Part shown: positions 37,230 through 50,099 of the stretch, in pieces
How the letters are laid out: the number at the start of each line of letters is the position of its first letter
Position numbering within the stretch: position 1 is the first letter of the stretch
NCBI RefSeq assembly: GCF_964194155.1
Contig: NC_135896.1
Location: forward strand, 8,184,001 to 8,248,000
DNA from: Cetorhinus maximus
Lineage: Eukaryota
Direction: 5' to 3'
DNA length: 64,000 nucleotides
The notes under the pieces: model-generated
The model's input: the letters and a program-made list of their open reading frames with translations, nothing else
Told to the model about the DNA's origin: nothing
Databases searched by the model: none
Position numbers and translations under genes: made by a program

Positions 37230-39545
37230 TCCCACTGCCCCACCCTTTTTTCATAGCCCTACACTTTTTATTTCCCATTAAGTGCTTATCCAATTCCCTT
37301 TTGAAAGACACTCACTGGGTTAAAAAGATTTTGCTACTCTTGCTTTTGATTCTTTTGACAATGTGCCCTTGATTCTCGATGCTTCCACCATGGGGAACAG
37401 CTTCCCTCTACTGCCTAGAGCCTTTGTGATTTTGAACACCTCAATCAATTCCCTCCTCAGCCCCTCTAAGGAGAGCAACTCCAGCTTCTCCAATGTATCC
37501 ATTTAACTAAAGATATTGTCCCTGGAACCATTCTTGTAAATCTTTTTTTGCGCCCTCTCTAAAACTTTCATTCCTAAAGTGCAGTGCCCAGAATACTCCA
37601 TGTAAAGCCAAATCAGCGTCTTATAAAGGGTCGTCATTGCTCCCTTACTTGCAGTTTACACCTCGATTTATAAAGCTGAGGACCCCATATGCCTTCTTAA
37701 CCACTTTCTCAACCTGTCCTGCCGCTTTCAATGAATTGTGCACATTTGCCTCCAGGTCCCGTTAGCATTATACTGTATATTGCCTTTTGTTCTTCCCATG
37801 AAAATGTATCACTTCAGTGTCAGTTGTGAGTAAGCTGATAGCATTCTTGCCTCTGAATCACTACATTCTGGTCTCAAGTCTCATTCAAGGGCTGTCATTC
37901 CACTGCAGTACTAAGCGAGTATTTTCAGGTGAGATGTTAAACTGAGGCCCCCATCTGCCAGCTCGGGTGGATGCAAAAATTCCCATGGCATTATTTTGAA
38001 GAAGAGCAGCAGAATTATCCCTGGTGTCCTGGTCAATGTTTATCCCTCAATCAACACCACACCAAATAAACGACTGATGATTATGGCATTGCTGTTTGTG
38101 GGAGTTTGCTGAGTGCATATTGGCTGCGTTGTTTCCTACATTACAACTTCATTGGTTCTAAAGCACTTTTGAGATGCCCAGTGTTGTGAAAGTGCTGCAC
38201 AAGTGCAAGTGTTGCTTTGTGCTTCATACTTCTTTGTGTTGCTGTCCATTCCACCAGCCTGTCCATGACCTTTTGAACTCCTCACAGTTCACAATATTTC
38301 CTAGTTTTGCCTTATCTGTAAAATTTGAAATTGTGCCCTGTACATCCAAGTTTAAGTTAATATATATTCAGAAAATCAGTGGACAGTAAAAATGTTGCTC
38401 AATAGCACTTTCCCAAATTACACCCGCCCACTCCCAACCCAACATTTGTGTCTCTTAAAATTCCATTTCCAGAGCCCTCCAATCTCATAAATGTGGCAAA
38501 ATTCATCTTCCAGGCTGGAAGAATCTACTGCAAAAGTAATCAAGCCTAGAATCTGAACCCAAGTATTTTTAGGTTTTGGGATATGATTAAAACCCCCTCC
38601 ATGGAGAATATGTAATGTAATTAACCTCGGGCATTTGACTTTAAGTTCAGCTTAAACTGAATGGGATAAAAGCCACCTTTGTCCTAGTACTGACCCTTAG
38701 GGAGCCCCACTGTATACCAACTTCTAGTCCGTAAAACAACCGTTCACCATTATGTTTTTGTCATCATCTAACTTCGTATCCATGCTGCCACCATCTCCTC
38801 TATTCTGTGGGCTTCAAGCTTGCTGGCAAGCCTGTTAAGTGGCACTTTATCAAAAGTTTCTTGGAAGTTCATATAAACCACATCAACTGCATTACTCACA
38901 TCAACTGTCACTTTATCAAAAACCTCAATCAAGTTAAACATAATTCACCTTTAACAAATCTGTGCTGGCATTCCTTAAGTTGCACTTGTCCAAGTGACTT
39001 AATTTTGTCCCGGATTACCATTTCTAGAAACTTTCCCACAATAGAGGTTAAACTGACTGGCTTGTAGTTGCTGAGTTTATCCTTGCACCCTTTTTTGCTT
39101 AACGAGGTTGTAAGCTTTGCAATTTTCTAGTCCTCTGGCACAAAGCCTGTACCTAAGGAAGATTGGAAGTTTATGGCCAGTACTTCATAAATTTCCACCC
39201 TTACAGTATCCTTGGATGTGTTTCATCTGGTTCTGGTGACTTATCAACTTTAAGTACATCCAGCCTTTCTAATACCTCCACTTTATCAATCTTTAGCCCA
39301 TACGGTATCTTAACTACCTCCTCTTTCATTATGACTTTGGCAAAATCCTCTTCCTTGATAAAGACAAATGCAAAGTACTCATGTAATATCTCAGCTACAT
39401 CCTCTGCCTCCATGCATTGGTCTCCTTTTTGGTCCCTAATTGGCCCCTCCCCTCCTCTTACCACCTTTTTACTATTTACATGACCATAGAAGACTTGGAT
39501 TCCCTGTTACATCAGCTGCCCATCTCTTCTCATACTTTCTCTTTG
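37230..39545 (-). mobile_element. old fragmented CR1 interrupted by a SINE (37825-38220) and other DNA
   Basis: ORF 39201..39464 LHEYFAFVF...KVDKSPEPDETHPRIL; ORF 37320..37502 LRRELIEVFKI. Confidence 0.8.
37825..38220 (+). mobile_element. Deu-domain-type tRNA SINE, near full length
   Basis: tRNA-like head TAGCATTCTTGCCTCTGAATCA, then Deu-like core and tail. Confidence 0.75.
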
Positions 39546-40109
39546 TAACTTGGCTTAACCTTAGGCACCGGTGTGACAATTTTCACTCCCAATACCAGTC
39601 CTGTCCATTATTACTTCATTTAGAACTATTAAGTAAATTCAATTCAATTAGAAATTGGTTTGATCTCTCAAACTATTTCATTAGGGGCCCTTACTGCAGT
39701 AGACAAAGACGAATTTTATCCATCAGTTTGAGCTGAACACAAAACCAACCTGAGGTGAAACAGCGTGATGTTCCTGATGGAGGGGATATTATTTGTTACG
39801 TATTAATAAAGCTGGAAATACTCAGGTTCGAATTCCAGGCTGGGCTACTTTCGCAGTAGGTTCTTCTGGCCTGAAAGATGAGATTGCAGGGATAGGTGCC
39901 TGTGGAAGATGGAGTCTTAAGAGGCACAAAATGTTGGTAATTCAGTGTGCTTATTTTTGGGGAGTTGCGATTGGACAACATTTTTATTATAGGAAGCCAT
40001 CTTTGACCATACAAGCTGATCACTTACTACTGACCAAATGTATATGAACAGATTTGTGGCTTGCAAGTTAAAAACACCCAATAACTATATTTAATAAATA
40101 TAGTAGCCA

Positions 40110-40800
40110 TCAGATCTCTGAAGGCAGAGGGGCATGTTAGTGGGGTGGTGAAAAAGGCATATGGGACACTTGCCTTTATCAATCAAGGCATAGATTACAA
40201 AAGTAGGGAGGTCACGTTGGAGTTGTATAGAACCTTGGTGAGGCCACAGCTGGAGTACTGTGTGCAGTTCTGGTATCCACATTATAGGAAGGATGTGATT
40301 GCACTGGAGGGGGTGCAGAGGAGATTCACCAGGATGTTGCCTGGGATGAAACATTTAAGTTATGAAGAGAGGTTGGATAGACTTGGGTTGTTTTCGTTGG
40401 AGCAGAGAAGACTGAGGGGTGACCTGATCGAGGTGTACAAGGTTATGAGGGGCATGGACAGGGTGGATAGGGAGCAGCTGTTCCCCTTAGTTGAAGGGAC
40501 AGTCACAAGGGGGCATAAGTTCAAGGTGAGGGGCAGGAGGTTTAGGGGGGGTGTGAGGAAAACTTTTTTTACTCAGAGGGTGGTGACAGTCTGGAATGCA
40601 CTGCCTGGGAGGGTGGTGGAGGCGGGTTGCTTCACATCCTTTAAAAAGTACCTGGATGAGCACTTGGCACGTCATAACATTCAAGGCTATGGGCCAAGTG
40701 CTGGTAAATGGGATTAGGTAGGTAGGTCAGGTGTTTCTCACATGTCGGTGCAGACTCGAAGGGCCGAAGGGCCTCTTCTGCACTGTGATTCTGTGATTCA
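40110..40800 (+). mobile_element. young 5'-truncated CR1 LINE
   Basis: Uninterrupted 190-aa ORF 40145..40717 running to the natural stop (GYGPSAGKWD*); (CTGTGATT)n tail. Confidence 0.95.
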
Positions 40801-41124
40801 TTGATGTGAACTAAATCCTTTTCCTTCTGTTTTGCCTCTGCTTTTGCCTATGGGTGTAGGTAATTTAGCAAGTGCGTATTCTTCATATGCATGTCTATAA
40901 ACTGAGTACAAGTAATCTATCCGTTCATGAAAGGGCACCTCTCCCTATTCTAGGGGCATTAAGGCAGATTGTTACACCTCAACCAGTCAATCTACCTTGG
41001 AGTCAGCTGACTCTGCAAAGATTGGGAATTGAATCTGGTACCTTTTCCATGGGTCAGTCACTTGTGGGGGAGTGGATTTGCACAGAAATTTGTGAAAGCT
41101 TTCAGTTCCTTTTGAAAAGATAAA

Positions 41125-41545
41125 AATAACTTTTATAGTGCCTTTTGCTACCTCAGGATGTCCTGAAGCACTTTACAGCAATAAAATCCTTTTGAAATGT
41201 TGTAGTGTAGGAGACATGGCAGCCAATCTGTGCACAAGCTCTCAAAAGCAAGAATATGATAGTGACCAGATAATCTATTTTTGTGATGTTGATTGAGATA
41301 TAAACATTGGCCAGGATACCGAGAGCTCCCGTGCTCTTCAAAATAGTGCCATGGGGACTTTAACGTTTACTTGAGAGTAGAATGGATTTTGGTTTAACAT
41401 CTGATTTGAAAGGCAGCGCCTCTGACAGTGCTGCACTCCCTCAGTACTGCACTGGAGTGTCAGCCTAGATTTTCATGCTCAATTATCTGGAGTTAGACCT
41501 GAACCTACAACCTCTGACCCAAGAAGTGAGGGAGCTACAAATTAA
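41125..41545 (-). mobile_element. Deu-domain-type tRNA SINE
   Basis: Reverse complement of the SINE at 37825-38220, including the head. Confidence 0.75.
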
Positions 41546-41648
41546 GTTTAAACAAGAAAATTGGTCAAATCTCCAACCATGTATGGTGATCAAGTCCGTC
41601 AAATTCACTTTCCTTATGTGGTATTTTTACCTATAGTTCGGAGACTGG

Positions 41649-41765
41649 GGGTGGAACTTTACGGCCCTGTTGTGGTGGGGGTAGGGCTGTAAAATACAGC
41701 GAGCTGTTCAAAAGTCCATTGATTTCGGTGGGACCATAAAATCCCACCGGCATAAAGTTCTGCCC
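41649..41765. mobile_element. Harbinger-type MITE
   Basis: TIRs GGGTGGAACTTTA / TAAAGTTCTGCCC; 3-bp TSD TGG. Confidence 0.75.
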
Positions 41766-42459
41766 TGGGTGTTGTCATTTACTGTATTTTTAAACTTGCA
41801 GGTTTAGGTTGATTGATTTAAGTGAAATTCTGCTTTTATTCCGATAAGGTTTTCTGAAATGTTTTGCCAGTGATTGGGACATCATATTCCACAACTCAGA
41901 CCTTATGCTCCACCCCACTGAACACTGAATCAGTGACAATAGTACACTTTGACCACTTTCCAAAGAAGCAAGCATTTTAAAAGCCCATTTTAAAATTCGA
42001 TGCTTCTCAGTTCCTTTGGTTCAAGTCCAGTCATCCAACATCCATTTGTTCTGGTGCAAAGCCAGCGTGTGCTGGATCAGACCAATCTTTAGTCCCCAGA
42101 CTGACTGCTCAGAAAGCGTCTGCTGTTTATTTAATCCTTTATTACAATAACAGAGAACCAAAATACATTTTAAGACAGAACACATCACTGGATCACGACT
42201 ATTAAATTCAAACAGTTCTTCAGCAAATATTTTCTTGGTTTTACAGTCCAACTCTTCTGGTATTTAGAATTGGGAATATAATCTTTATGTTTAACAAAGT
42301 TAAACAGTAGAAAGTACAGTGGCTACTCATACAGTAAAGGAATGGGTAGGGCTAATTATGACATTGAATGCCATGGATTTAGTACGGTTGGAAAGAGCCA
42401 CAGAAGCTACTGGCTTGCTGCAAAACCCAATGGGTTCACTAAAGAAAGGAAGCTTTTTA

Positions 42460-43427
42460 AAGTTCATTTATGGGATGTGGGTGTCGCTGGCTAGGCCAGC
42501 ATTTATTGCCCATACCTAATTGCCCTTCAGATGGTGGTGGTGAGCTGCCTTCTTGAACCACTGCTGTCCCATCATAAGATCAGAAGTGGGGATGTTCGCT
42601 GTGCTGTTTGGGAGGGAGATCCAAGATTTTGACCCAGCGACAGTGAAGGAATGGCCGATATATTTCCAAGTCAGGATGGTGAGTGGCTTGGAGGGGAACT
42701 TTCAGGTGGTGGTGTTCCCATGTATCTGCTGCCCTTGTCCTTCTAGATGGTAGTGGTCGTGGGTTTGAAAGGTGCTGTCTAAGGAGGCTTGGTGAATCCT
42801 GCAGAGCATCTTGTAGATGGTGCACACTGCTGTTACTGTGTATTGGTGATGGAGGGAGTGAATGTTTGTGGATGTGGTGCCAATCAAGCGGGCTGCTTTG
42901 TCCTGTACGGTGTCCAGCTTCTTGAGTCTTGTGGGAGTTGCACTCATCCAGGCAGGTGGAGAGTATTCCATCACACTCCTGACTTGTGACTTGTAGATGG
43001 TCAGGCTTTGGGGAGTCAGGAGGTGAGTTACTCGTCGCACGATTCCTAACCTCTGACCTGCCCTTGTAGCCGCAGTATTTATGTGGCTAGTCCAGTTCAG
43101 TTCCTGGTCAATGGTAACCCCCAGGATGTTGATAGTGGGGGATTCAGTGATGGTAATGCCATTGAACATTAACGGGCAATGGTTTGATTCTCTCTTGTTG
43201 GAGATGGTCATTGCCTGGCACTTGTGCGGCGCAAATGTTACTTGCCACTTGTCAGCCCAAGCCTGGATATTGTCCAGGCCTTGCTGCAGTTGGACATGGA
43301 CTGCTTCAGTATCTGAGGAGATGCAAATGGTGCTGAACATTGTACAATCATCAGCGAACATCCCCACTTCTGACCTTATGATGGAAGGAAGGTCATTGAT
43401 GAAGCAGCTGAAAATGGCTGGGCCTAG
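42460..43427 (-). mobile_element. CR1/L2-group LINE RT fragment
   Basis: ORF 42702..43484 LGPAIFSCFINDL...MFADDC...W..KWQVTFAPHKC...ILGVTID. Confidence 0.92.
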
Positions 43428-43959
43428 GTACGTGCATTTATCCAGCACTTTTCGCGTCCCCATCACAAAGCACTTCACAGTCAATGATGCACTTTTGAGG
43501 TGTATTCACTGTTGTAATGTAGGACATGTGGTGGCCAATTTTGTGCACAGCAAGCTCCCACAACAAACAATTTGATGACCACTAGGTAATCTTAATGATG
43601 TTGGTTCAGGGATAAATATTGGGCAGGATACCAGAGAGAGCTCTCCTGCTTTTCTTCAAAAGAGTGTCCCAGGAACTTTTACATCTTCCTGAGAGGGCTG
43701 GGGGCACCCATCAGTGAAGTAGTCCTGTCAACCCCACCCAGTCTCGCTTACACATGATTGCAGACAAACTCTCTATGGTTGACTCTTGTTGCTTCATTGA
43801 GCTATTCAGTTGTGCAAACAATTGCTGCAGAGCAGTAGACCCACTGCCTTTACATTTGAAGGTGGAGTGATATAGTTCACCCATGGGGACGCAGCAGAAA
43901 CATGCACATTTACATGCATGTTGCGGTCTGGGGCTGTGGATGGTGATGGTCAAGGTTCC

Positions 43960-44175
43960 AACATTCTTTCTAACACTTGGCTGAGCAGGAGTCTCTCCCA
44001 CTCTTACCACAAGTCAAGTCATTGGCATGTGTTAGAATGATTTGCAGGTTGACAGTCAATCTTTTTGGCTGCATGTTGTACCTTCCAGGGCCACCAAGCC
44101 CTGGAGTGGGACTTGAACCCAGAGCTCCCCTTGGCCCAGAGGTAGGGATGCTATCCACTGCACCACAAGACCTCC
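43960..44175 (-). mobile_element. tRNA-derived SINE
   Basis: Minus strand has A box TGGTGCAGTGG and B box GGTTCAAGTCC; similar head at 49725-49785. Confidence 0.7.
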
Positions 44176-44327
44176 AGTAGAAGGTCTTCATAGGGCATCT
44201 AACGTGGTCTTGGCAGTCTCGATTCAATGCTTTCAAGTTAAATCTTTTCATGAAGGCTGTAATTTCTAGTGAGATGTGCCTGTCTGTAATACCTATCTCC
44301 CTGTCACATGCTGCAAGTGCCGGTAGG

Positions 44328-44700
44328 GTTATGGCAGCATAACGGTAATGTTGCTGGGCTGGTAATCCAGAGGCCAGGACTGAGTTGATCCAGAGACATG
44401 AGTTCAAACCCCACCATGGCAGCTGGGGGATTTAAATTCAGTGATTAACTAAATCTAATGTCAGTAATAGTGATCATGAAGCTACCAGATGCCCTTAAGG
44501 GGAGGAAACCTGCTGTCCTTACCCAGTCTGGCCTGTTCGTGACTCCAGACGCACGGCAATATGGTTGGCTTTGAACTTTCTTCTGAAATGACCTAGAGTG
44601 ACTCTCAGTTGTATTCAAGAAGGGGGAGCTCATCATCAACTTCTGAAGGGCAATTAAGGATGGTTAGTAAGATGCTCACATCCCATGAATGAATAAAAAA
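44328..44700 (+). mobile_element. tRNA-derived SINE sharing its 3' tail with the second LINE family
   Basis: B box GAGTTCAAACCC; ends CACATCCCATGAATGAAT; related copy at 47075-47375 (-). Confidence 0.7.
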
Positions 44701-45582
44701 TAATTAGGCAACGTCAGCTCTGGAATTCCCTCCCTAAACCTCTGTCCTCCATTATGTTCCTCCTTAAAACATACCTTTTTGACCGAGCTTTTGGTCACCT
44801 ACCCTAATACTTGCTGTGTGCAAATTGGCTGCTGCCTACCTTACAGCAATGACTACACTTCAAAAGTACTTCATTAGCTGCAATGTGCTTTGGGGCATCA
44901 TGAAATCATGGGAGGCACTATATAAATGCAAACATTTACGTGGCTCGGTATTAAAGCTTGTTTGATAATGCCTTTATGAAGCACTTTGGGACATTTTGCA
45001 ACATGAAAGGTGCTATAGAAATACAAGTTGTTACTATAGAAGGACAACATCCTGGACCAAGGCACATATGTCGGCATTTGAGGCTCCTCACAGAATTCAC
45101 AGAATCACACAGTGCAGAAGAGGCCCTTCGGCCCATCGAGTCTTCACCTCCCTCACAAAAGCTTTACATGTTTGCGTTCTGGTGTCAACTGAGAATAGAC
45201 ATGATTAATTCTACTGTTCTTTTGCGCGATAGCTGTCAAACTCCAAACTCCAGCACTTGCTGTCCACAGGTGGCTACCAGCTACAGGACGCAGAACAACT
45301 AACTGAATTAAGATGTAAAACAGTAACATTTAAGAATAGTCCCATGCCACATCTCACCCGCACAATGAATGAACTCTAATGATTGTTAAATTTTGATCCT
45401 GATAAGGTAAAAATCATAATCTAATAATCAATACATTATTTTAATTTGCTTCATCTATCTTTTTTGTATATTTGTATTTTACTTGGAAAAATTATGGATT
45501 GTAAAACTTTACCCCAAGTTGGACCCCGTGGCTGTGATGGAAGTTGGTTTTAAATAAATAAACATTTAATGAAAATGAACAT

Positions 45583-45675
45583 CTCCTCCTCCTTCTCTTC
45601 TTTCTCCTCCCCCACTCCTCCTCCTCATCCTCTTCATCCTCATCCTCTTCAACCTCATCCTCATCCTCATCCTAC
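45583..45675. repeat. (TCC/TCA)n low-complexity tract
   Basis: Read directly. Confidence 0.85.
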
Positions 45676-45841
45676 TCACATTCAAGGAGAATCTGGGAGC
45701 ACTAATCGCAGAGGGGTTGAAGAGTTTTTATAATGCTTTTTCCAGCAGATGCCACTTCACAGGAGCAGGCAAGTTAACGTAGAAGGGAAGTGAGTGACCA
45801 ATCTGAAGGAGAATACAGGAAGTAAAAGGATAATTGAAGAG

Positions 45842-46595
45842 TGTCATGGAGCTATTAACATTATTGGAAATTATTTTTCTTTTAGTCTGTGGGTGTGTCT
45901 TAATTGGATTAAAGCCAGCTAGACTGGGTGCTTTGATGTATACTAGTTTTGAGATGTAAAAGATCTAGAGTGCATTTGCATTTTGTTGAATTGAGCATTC
46001 AAGAAGTGGGGTGAAATCTGGCACCTAGCTAGCAGGGACCAAGCAATATATTTATATTACTAATAAAATTGTTACTATGAAAAGGGTTTTATTGTTAAAA
46101 GAGGTGGAGTTAAAAGGGGCTGGTGATACAGTTAGAATTTACGTTCAATGAGCTGCGTTGGGAATAACAGACAGCAATTGTGTGTGTGCAGGGCAGAGGC
46201 AATGTAAGATCAAGGCAGCTGTAAGCCTATAACTGACTCCACAGGAACCAAAGTGAAAGGAACCTCATTTTGAATTTGTAAGGTGAAAATGCTTTGCCTG
46301 GTGTCTGGTTAAGTCTGTGGGTTGCTATTGCCTTAATGGAGATTAGTTTGGGAATTTGTTAAAAGTTATGATCATAGTAATTTGTAGCCATGTGTATGTG
46401 TTTAATGTGTTGTAACTTAATAAAATGTTTCATTTAGTTTAACATAAAAACCTCTCGAGAACTGGTGGTCTGATTCCTGAATTTAGAGTTGCATCTCATA
46501 CACACCACTTAAAAATATAGGTTATGACAGTTGTTTAAAGTTTCCCTCTGGGATTTTTAAATAACTCAGCTTTTACCAACTGCTGGGTCAAAACA
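45842..46595 (+). mobile_element. solo LTR (754 bp)
   Basis: TGT...ACA termini; exact 5-bp TSD AAGAG at 45837-45841 and 46596-46600; internal AATAAA near 46419. Confidence 0.85.
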
Positions 46596-48198
46596 AAGAG
46601 GGACTGCTCGGGGAGGAATAGGAGAATTATTGAAGGTGGGGTTATGAAGCAAATGATGTGGGAAGTGAGATTATAGCTGTTCTGGAGGAGAATGAGGAAA
46701 AATTGTTAAGGTTTGTCTATCCAAAATCCCCAGAAGAAATCAGCCGAGCTCAAAATGGAAAAGTCACTGTGAATCCCAGGCAGTTGAAGGAAGTTGGAGG
46801 GGAGACTCTTAGCATGGATTATGACCGTAGTAATCCAGTTCTGCAGATTGCGAATAATGCTGGGGGGGTGGGGGGGGTGGGGGGCGGGAGTGGACAGTGG
46901 CCATGACTGTTTAATTAAGGGGAGAAGAATAATTTAGATAAGGAGAGACCAGTCAGTCTAATGTCAGTTGTAGGCAAACTCCTGGGATTCATAACTTGAG
47001 GCTGAAATAGTGAAGAGTTTGAGATACTTGGGGAAATCCAAGACAACCACCCAGCATAAGGAGTTCTTTATTTTTCTTTCTTTATTCTTTGATGGGATGT
47101 GGCTGTCAATGGCAAGGCCGGCATTTGTTCCCCTAATTGCCCTTGAACTGAGTGGCTTGCTAGGCCATTTCAGAGGGCAGCTAAGAGTCAACCACATTGC
47201 TGAGGGTCTGGAGTCACATGTAGGCCAGACCAGGTAAGGACAGCAGATTTCCTTCCCTAAAGGACATTAGTGGGTTTTAAACAACAAACAACCTTAGTTT
47301 CATGGTCACCATTACTGAGGGAAACTTTTATATTCCAAATTTATTAATTGAATTTAAATTCCACTGGCTGATCGTGTAGAAGTAGTTTATCCAGCTTTTC
47401 AGCAACTTTGATAAAGTGTCTCACAGAAGACTTGGCACAAAATTTCAGGCATGTGATATGAGGAAAGGTAGCAGTATGAATAGAGAGTTGGACGGAAAAC
47501 AAAGGGGGAAATAGGGTTAATTTGGCGCCAGGGTGGTGCTGTAAATAGGAAAGAGAGGCAGCTGAAACTGCTTCATGCATTCTGTCTAAATAATCAATGG
47601 CAAAATCATAGAAATCAGAAAATCTATGACACATGAAGGAGGCCATTCAGCCCATCATGTCCGTGCCACTCGACAAAGAGCTACCCAGCCTCATCCCACT
47701 TTGCTGCACAAGGTCTGTAGCCCTACAGGTCACGGCCCTTCAAGTAGATGTCCAAATAATTTTTAAATGTGGTGAGAGAGTCTGTCTCTACCACCTTTTC
47801 AGATCCCCCTAGCACCCTCTGGGTAGAAAATGAGGATCTACGAGTTTTAGTATTAAGTAGAATTGGATGCAATTATTGCACAGAAACAGTTCATTCATTC
47901 TAACAGCTCTGAGTTCCCCATAAACCTCCTGCTACCCCTCTTCATCAAACCCTATTAGCATATCCTTCTTTTTCTCTCTCCCTCATGTTCCTGCCTAGCT
48001 TCCCCTGAAGGTAACAATGCACTTCAATTCACTTCAACTTTGGAGTGGCAAAGTTCCACCTTCAACCGCTCTCTGGGCAAAGAAGTTTCTCCTGAATTCC
48101 TTATTTGAATTTATATCAGCCTCCTCTAGTTCTGGGCACTCCCTAAAAGTAGGGGCATCATTCCAGTTAGTATTCAGAAGGTTTACCTTGGAGTATAA

Positions 48199-48395
48199 AA
48201 AGCAGAAAATGCTGGAAAAGCCCAGCAGGTCTGGCAGCATCCGTGGAGAGAGAAACAGAGTTAATGTTTCGAGGAGTCATATGGACTCAGAACGTTAACT
48301 CTGTTTCTCTCTCCACAGATGTTGCCAGGCCTGCTGAGTTTTTCTGGCATTTTCTGTTTTTTATTTCAGATTTCCAGCATCCCCGGGATTTTGCT
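48199..48395. mobile_element. palindromic Penelope-derived short insertion
   Basis: Inverted arms; 17-bp flanking direct repeat TTTACCTTGGAGTATAA at 48182-48198 and 48396-48412. Confidence 0.82.
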
Positions 48396-48404
48396 TTTAC
48401 CTTG

Positions 48405-49240
48405 GAGTATAATGTGGGAAAATGTGAACTAGTCCACTTTGACTCATGACCCTCTTGAGAGAAAAAGTCTCACCTCTGTCTTAAATGGGAGACCTCTTAT
48501 TTTTAAACTGTGCCCCCCTAGTCCTAATCTCTCCCACAAGTGGAAACATCCTCTCAGCATCCACCCTGTCAAGTCCCCTCGGGATCTTAATAAGATCACC
48601 CCTCAATCTTTTAAACTCCAATGGGTACAGGCCCAGCCTGTCCAACCTTTCTCATAGGGTAACCCCCCCACCCCCACCCCCATGTCAGGTATCAGTCAAG
48701 TGAACCCTCTCATGTGTTTATGCCCTTTTGTAAGTAAGGAGACCAAAACTGTACACGGTACTCCAGATGTGGTCTCACCGACACCCTGTACAACTGGTGC
48801 AAAACATCCCTACTTTTATATTCCAGTCCCCTTGCAATAAATGACAACATTCCATTTGCCTTCCTAATCACTTGCTGTACCTGCGTACTAACACCATGTG
48901 ATTCATGTACTAGGACACCCAGATCCCTCTGTACCGCAGAGTTTTCCAATCTTTCTCCATTTAAATAATATGCTGCTTTTCTATTCTTCCTGCCAAAGTG
49001 GACAAGAGGTCTCCCATTTAAGACAGAGGTGAGACTTTTTCTCTCAGAGTGGTCATGAGTTTTTGGAACTCTCTTCCCCAGAGACTGGTGGAGACAGGGT
49101 TAATGAATATCTTTAAGGCTGAGTTAGATAGATTCTTGACTAATAGGGGTTACCAGGGGTAGGCGGAATGTGGAGTTGAGGCCACAATCAGATCAGCCAT
49201 GATCTTACTGAATGATGAAACAGGCTCGAGGGGCCGAATT
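48405..49240. mobile_element. CR1 3' portion with an internal inversion (48442-49003)
   Basis: Flanks read CR1 on +, while ORF 48710..48949 (QRDLGVLVH...RPHLEY) reads on -. Confidence 0.88.
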
Positions 49241-50099
49241 CATATGGGTAATTTTGTATATTTGCTGAGTGAGAACTGTGTGTGTGGAAAGGCTGTTCTT
49301 GGATTCTGGACTCAGATTGTTGCTTTAGGCTCCGGTAATGATTGACAGGCTAATTAATGTATTTCTCTGTCCTTGTTGCATGGGGCTACTGGGCCTGGAG
49401 GATAATGGGACTGTCCAATTGACGGATGGTGAGCAATTCTCCTGCTAATGTTGTGTCATTCTTCGTAACACCTGACAGCTGGTCCAGCCATGAACAAAGG
49501 CATCCTGCATAAAGGTGCGCCCCCCATTAATATACTTAGAAGCTTCTCATGTCTGATGTCCCATGCAGACAAAGTGCATGCTCGTGGCTGGATTTTCCTG
49601 GGAAGAGGTTGCCAGAGGCTATAGATTGCATCAAGCATAGCTGATCAAAATTGTTCCCACTCCTAGTGCCATAGGCCGGTATAGCTGCATGTATAAACAC
49701 ACCTTTTATGGTTATCAAGTCCTGGGCTGGGACTTGAACCCAGAGCTTCCAGGCAGGGATACTAACCACTGTGCCACAAGTACTCCCTTGTTAATAGGTA
49801 GTACAGCTAATGTGTTTGTTCTTGAAGCTGTACTTTTCCTCTAAGAGGGGTCCTTATAAAGCTTCTTATCTTTAAAGTGATGAAGAAATTTGAAGAGAAA
49901 CTGTTTTCATTTTTTAAAAATGTATTCTTTCATGGGATGTGGGCATGGCTTGCTAGGCCAGCATTTTTATTACCCATCCCTAAGTGCCCTTGAGAAGGTG
50001 GCAATGAGCTGTCTTCTTGAACCGCTGCAGTCCATTTTGTGTGACTCCAGAACACGGGACATTCAAAAAAGCTCGTTATTAATGAATCCAACAGGGAAT

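Noticed and set aside
41830-42256. Minus-strand terminal exon (ORF to stop at 42021, AATAAA near 41835)
   Set aside because: Weak acceptor and no recognisable protein similarity (not TSHR-like); would need RNA-seq support
45583-45780. Acidic (D/E) coding exon on the minus strand
   Set aside because: In-frame stops lie just upstream of the tract; treated as low-complexity DNA
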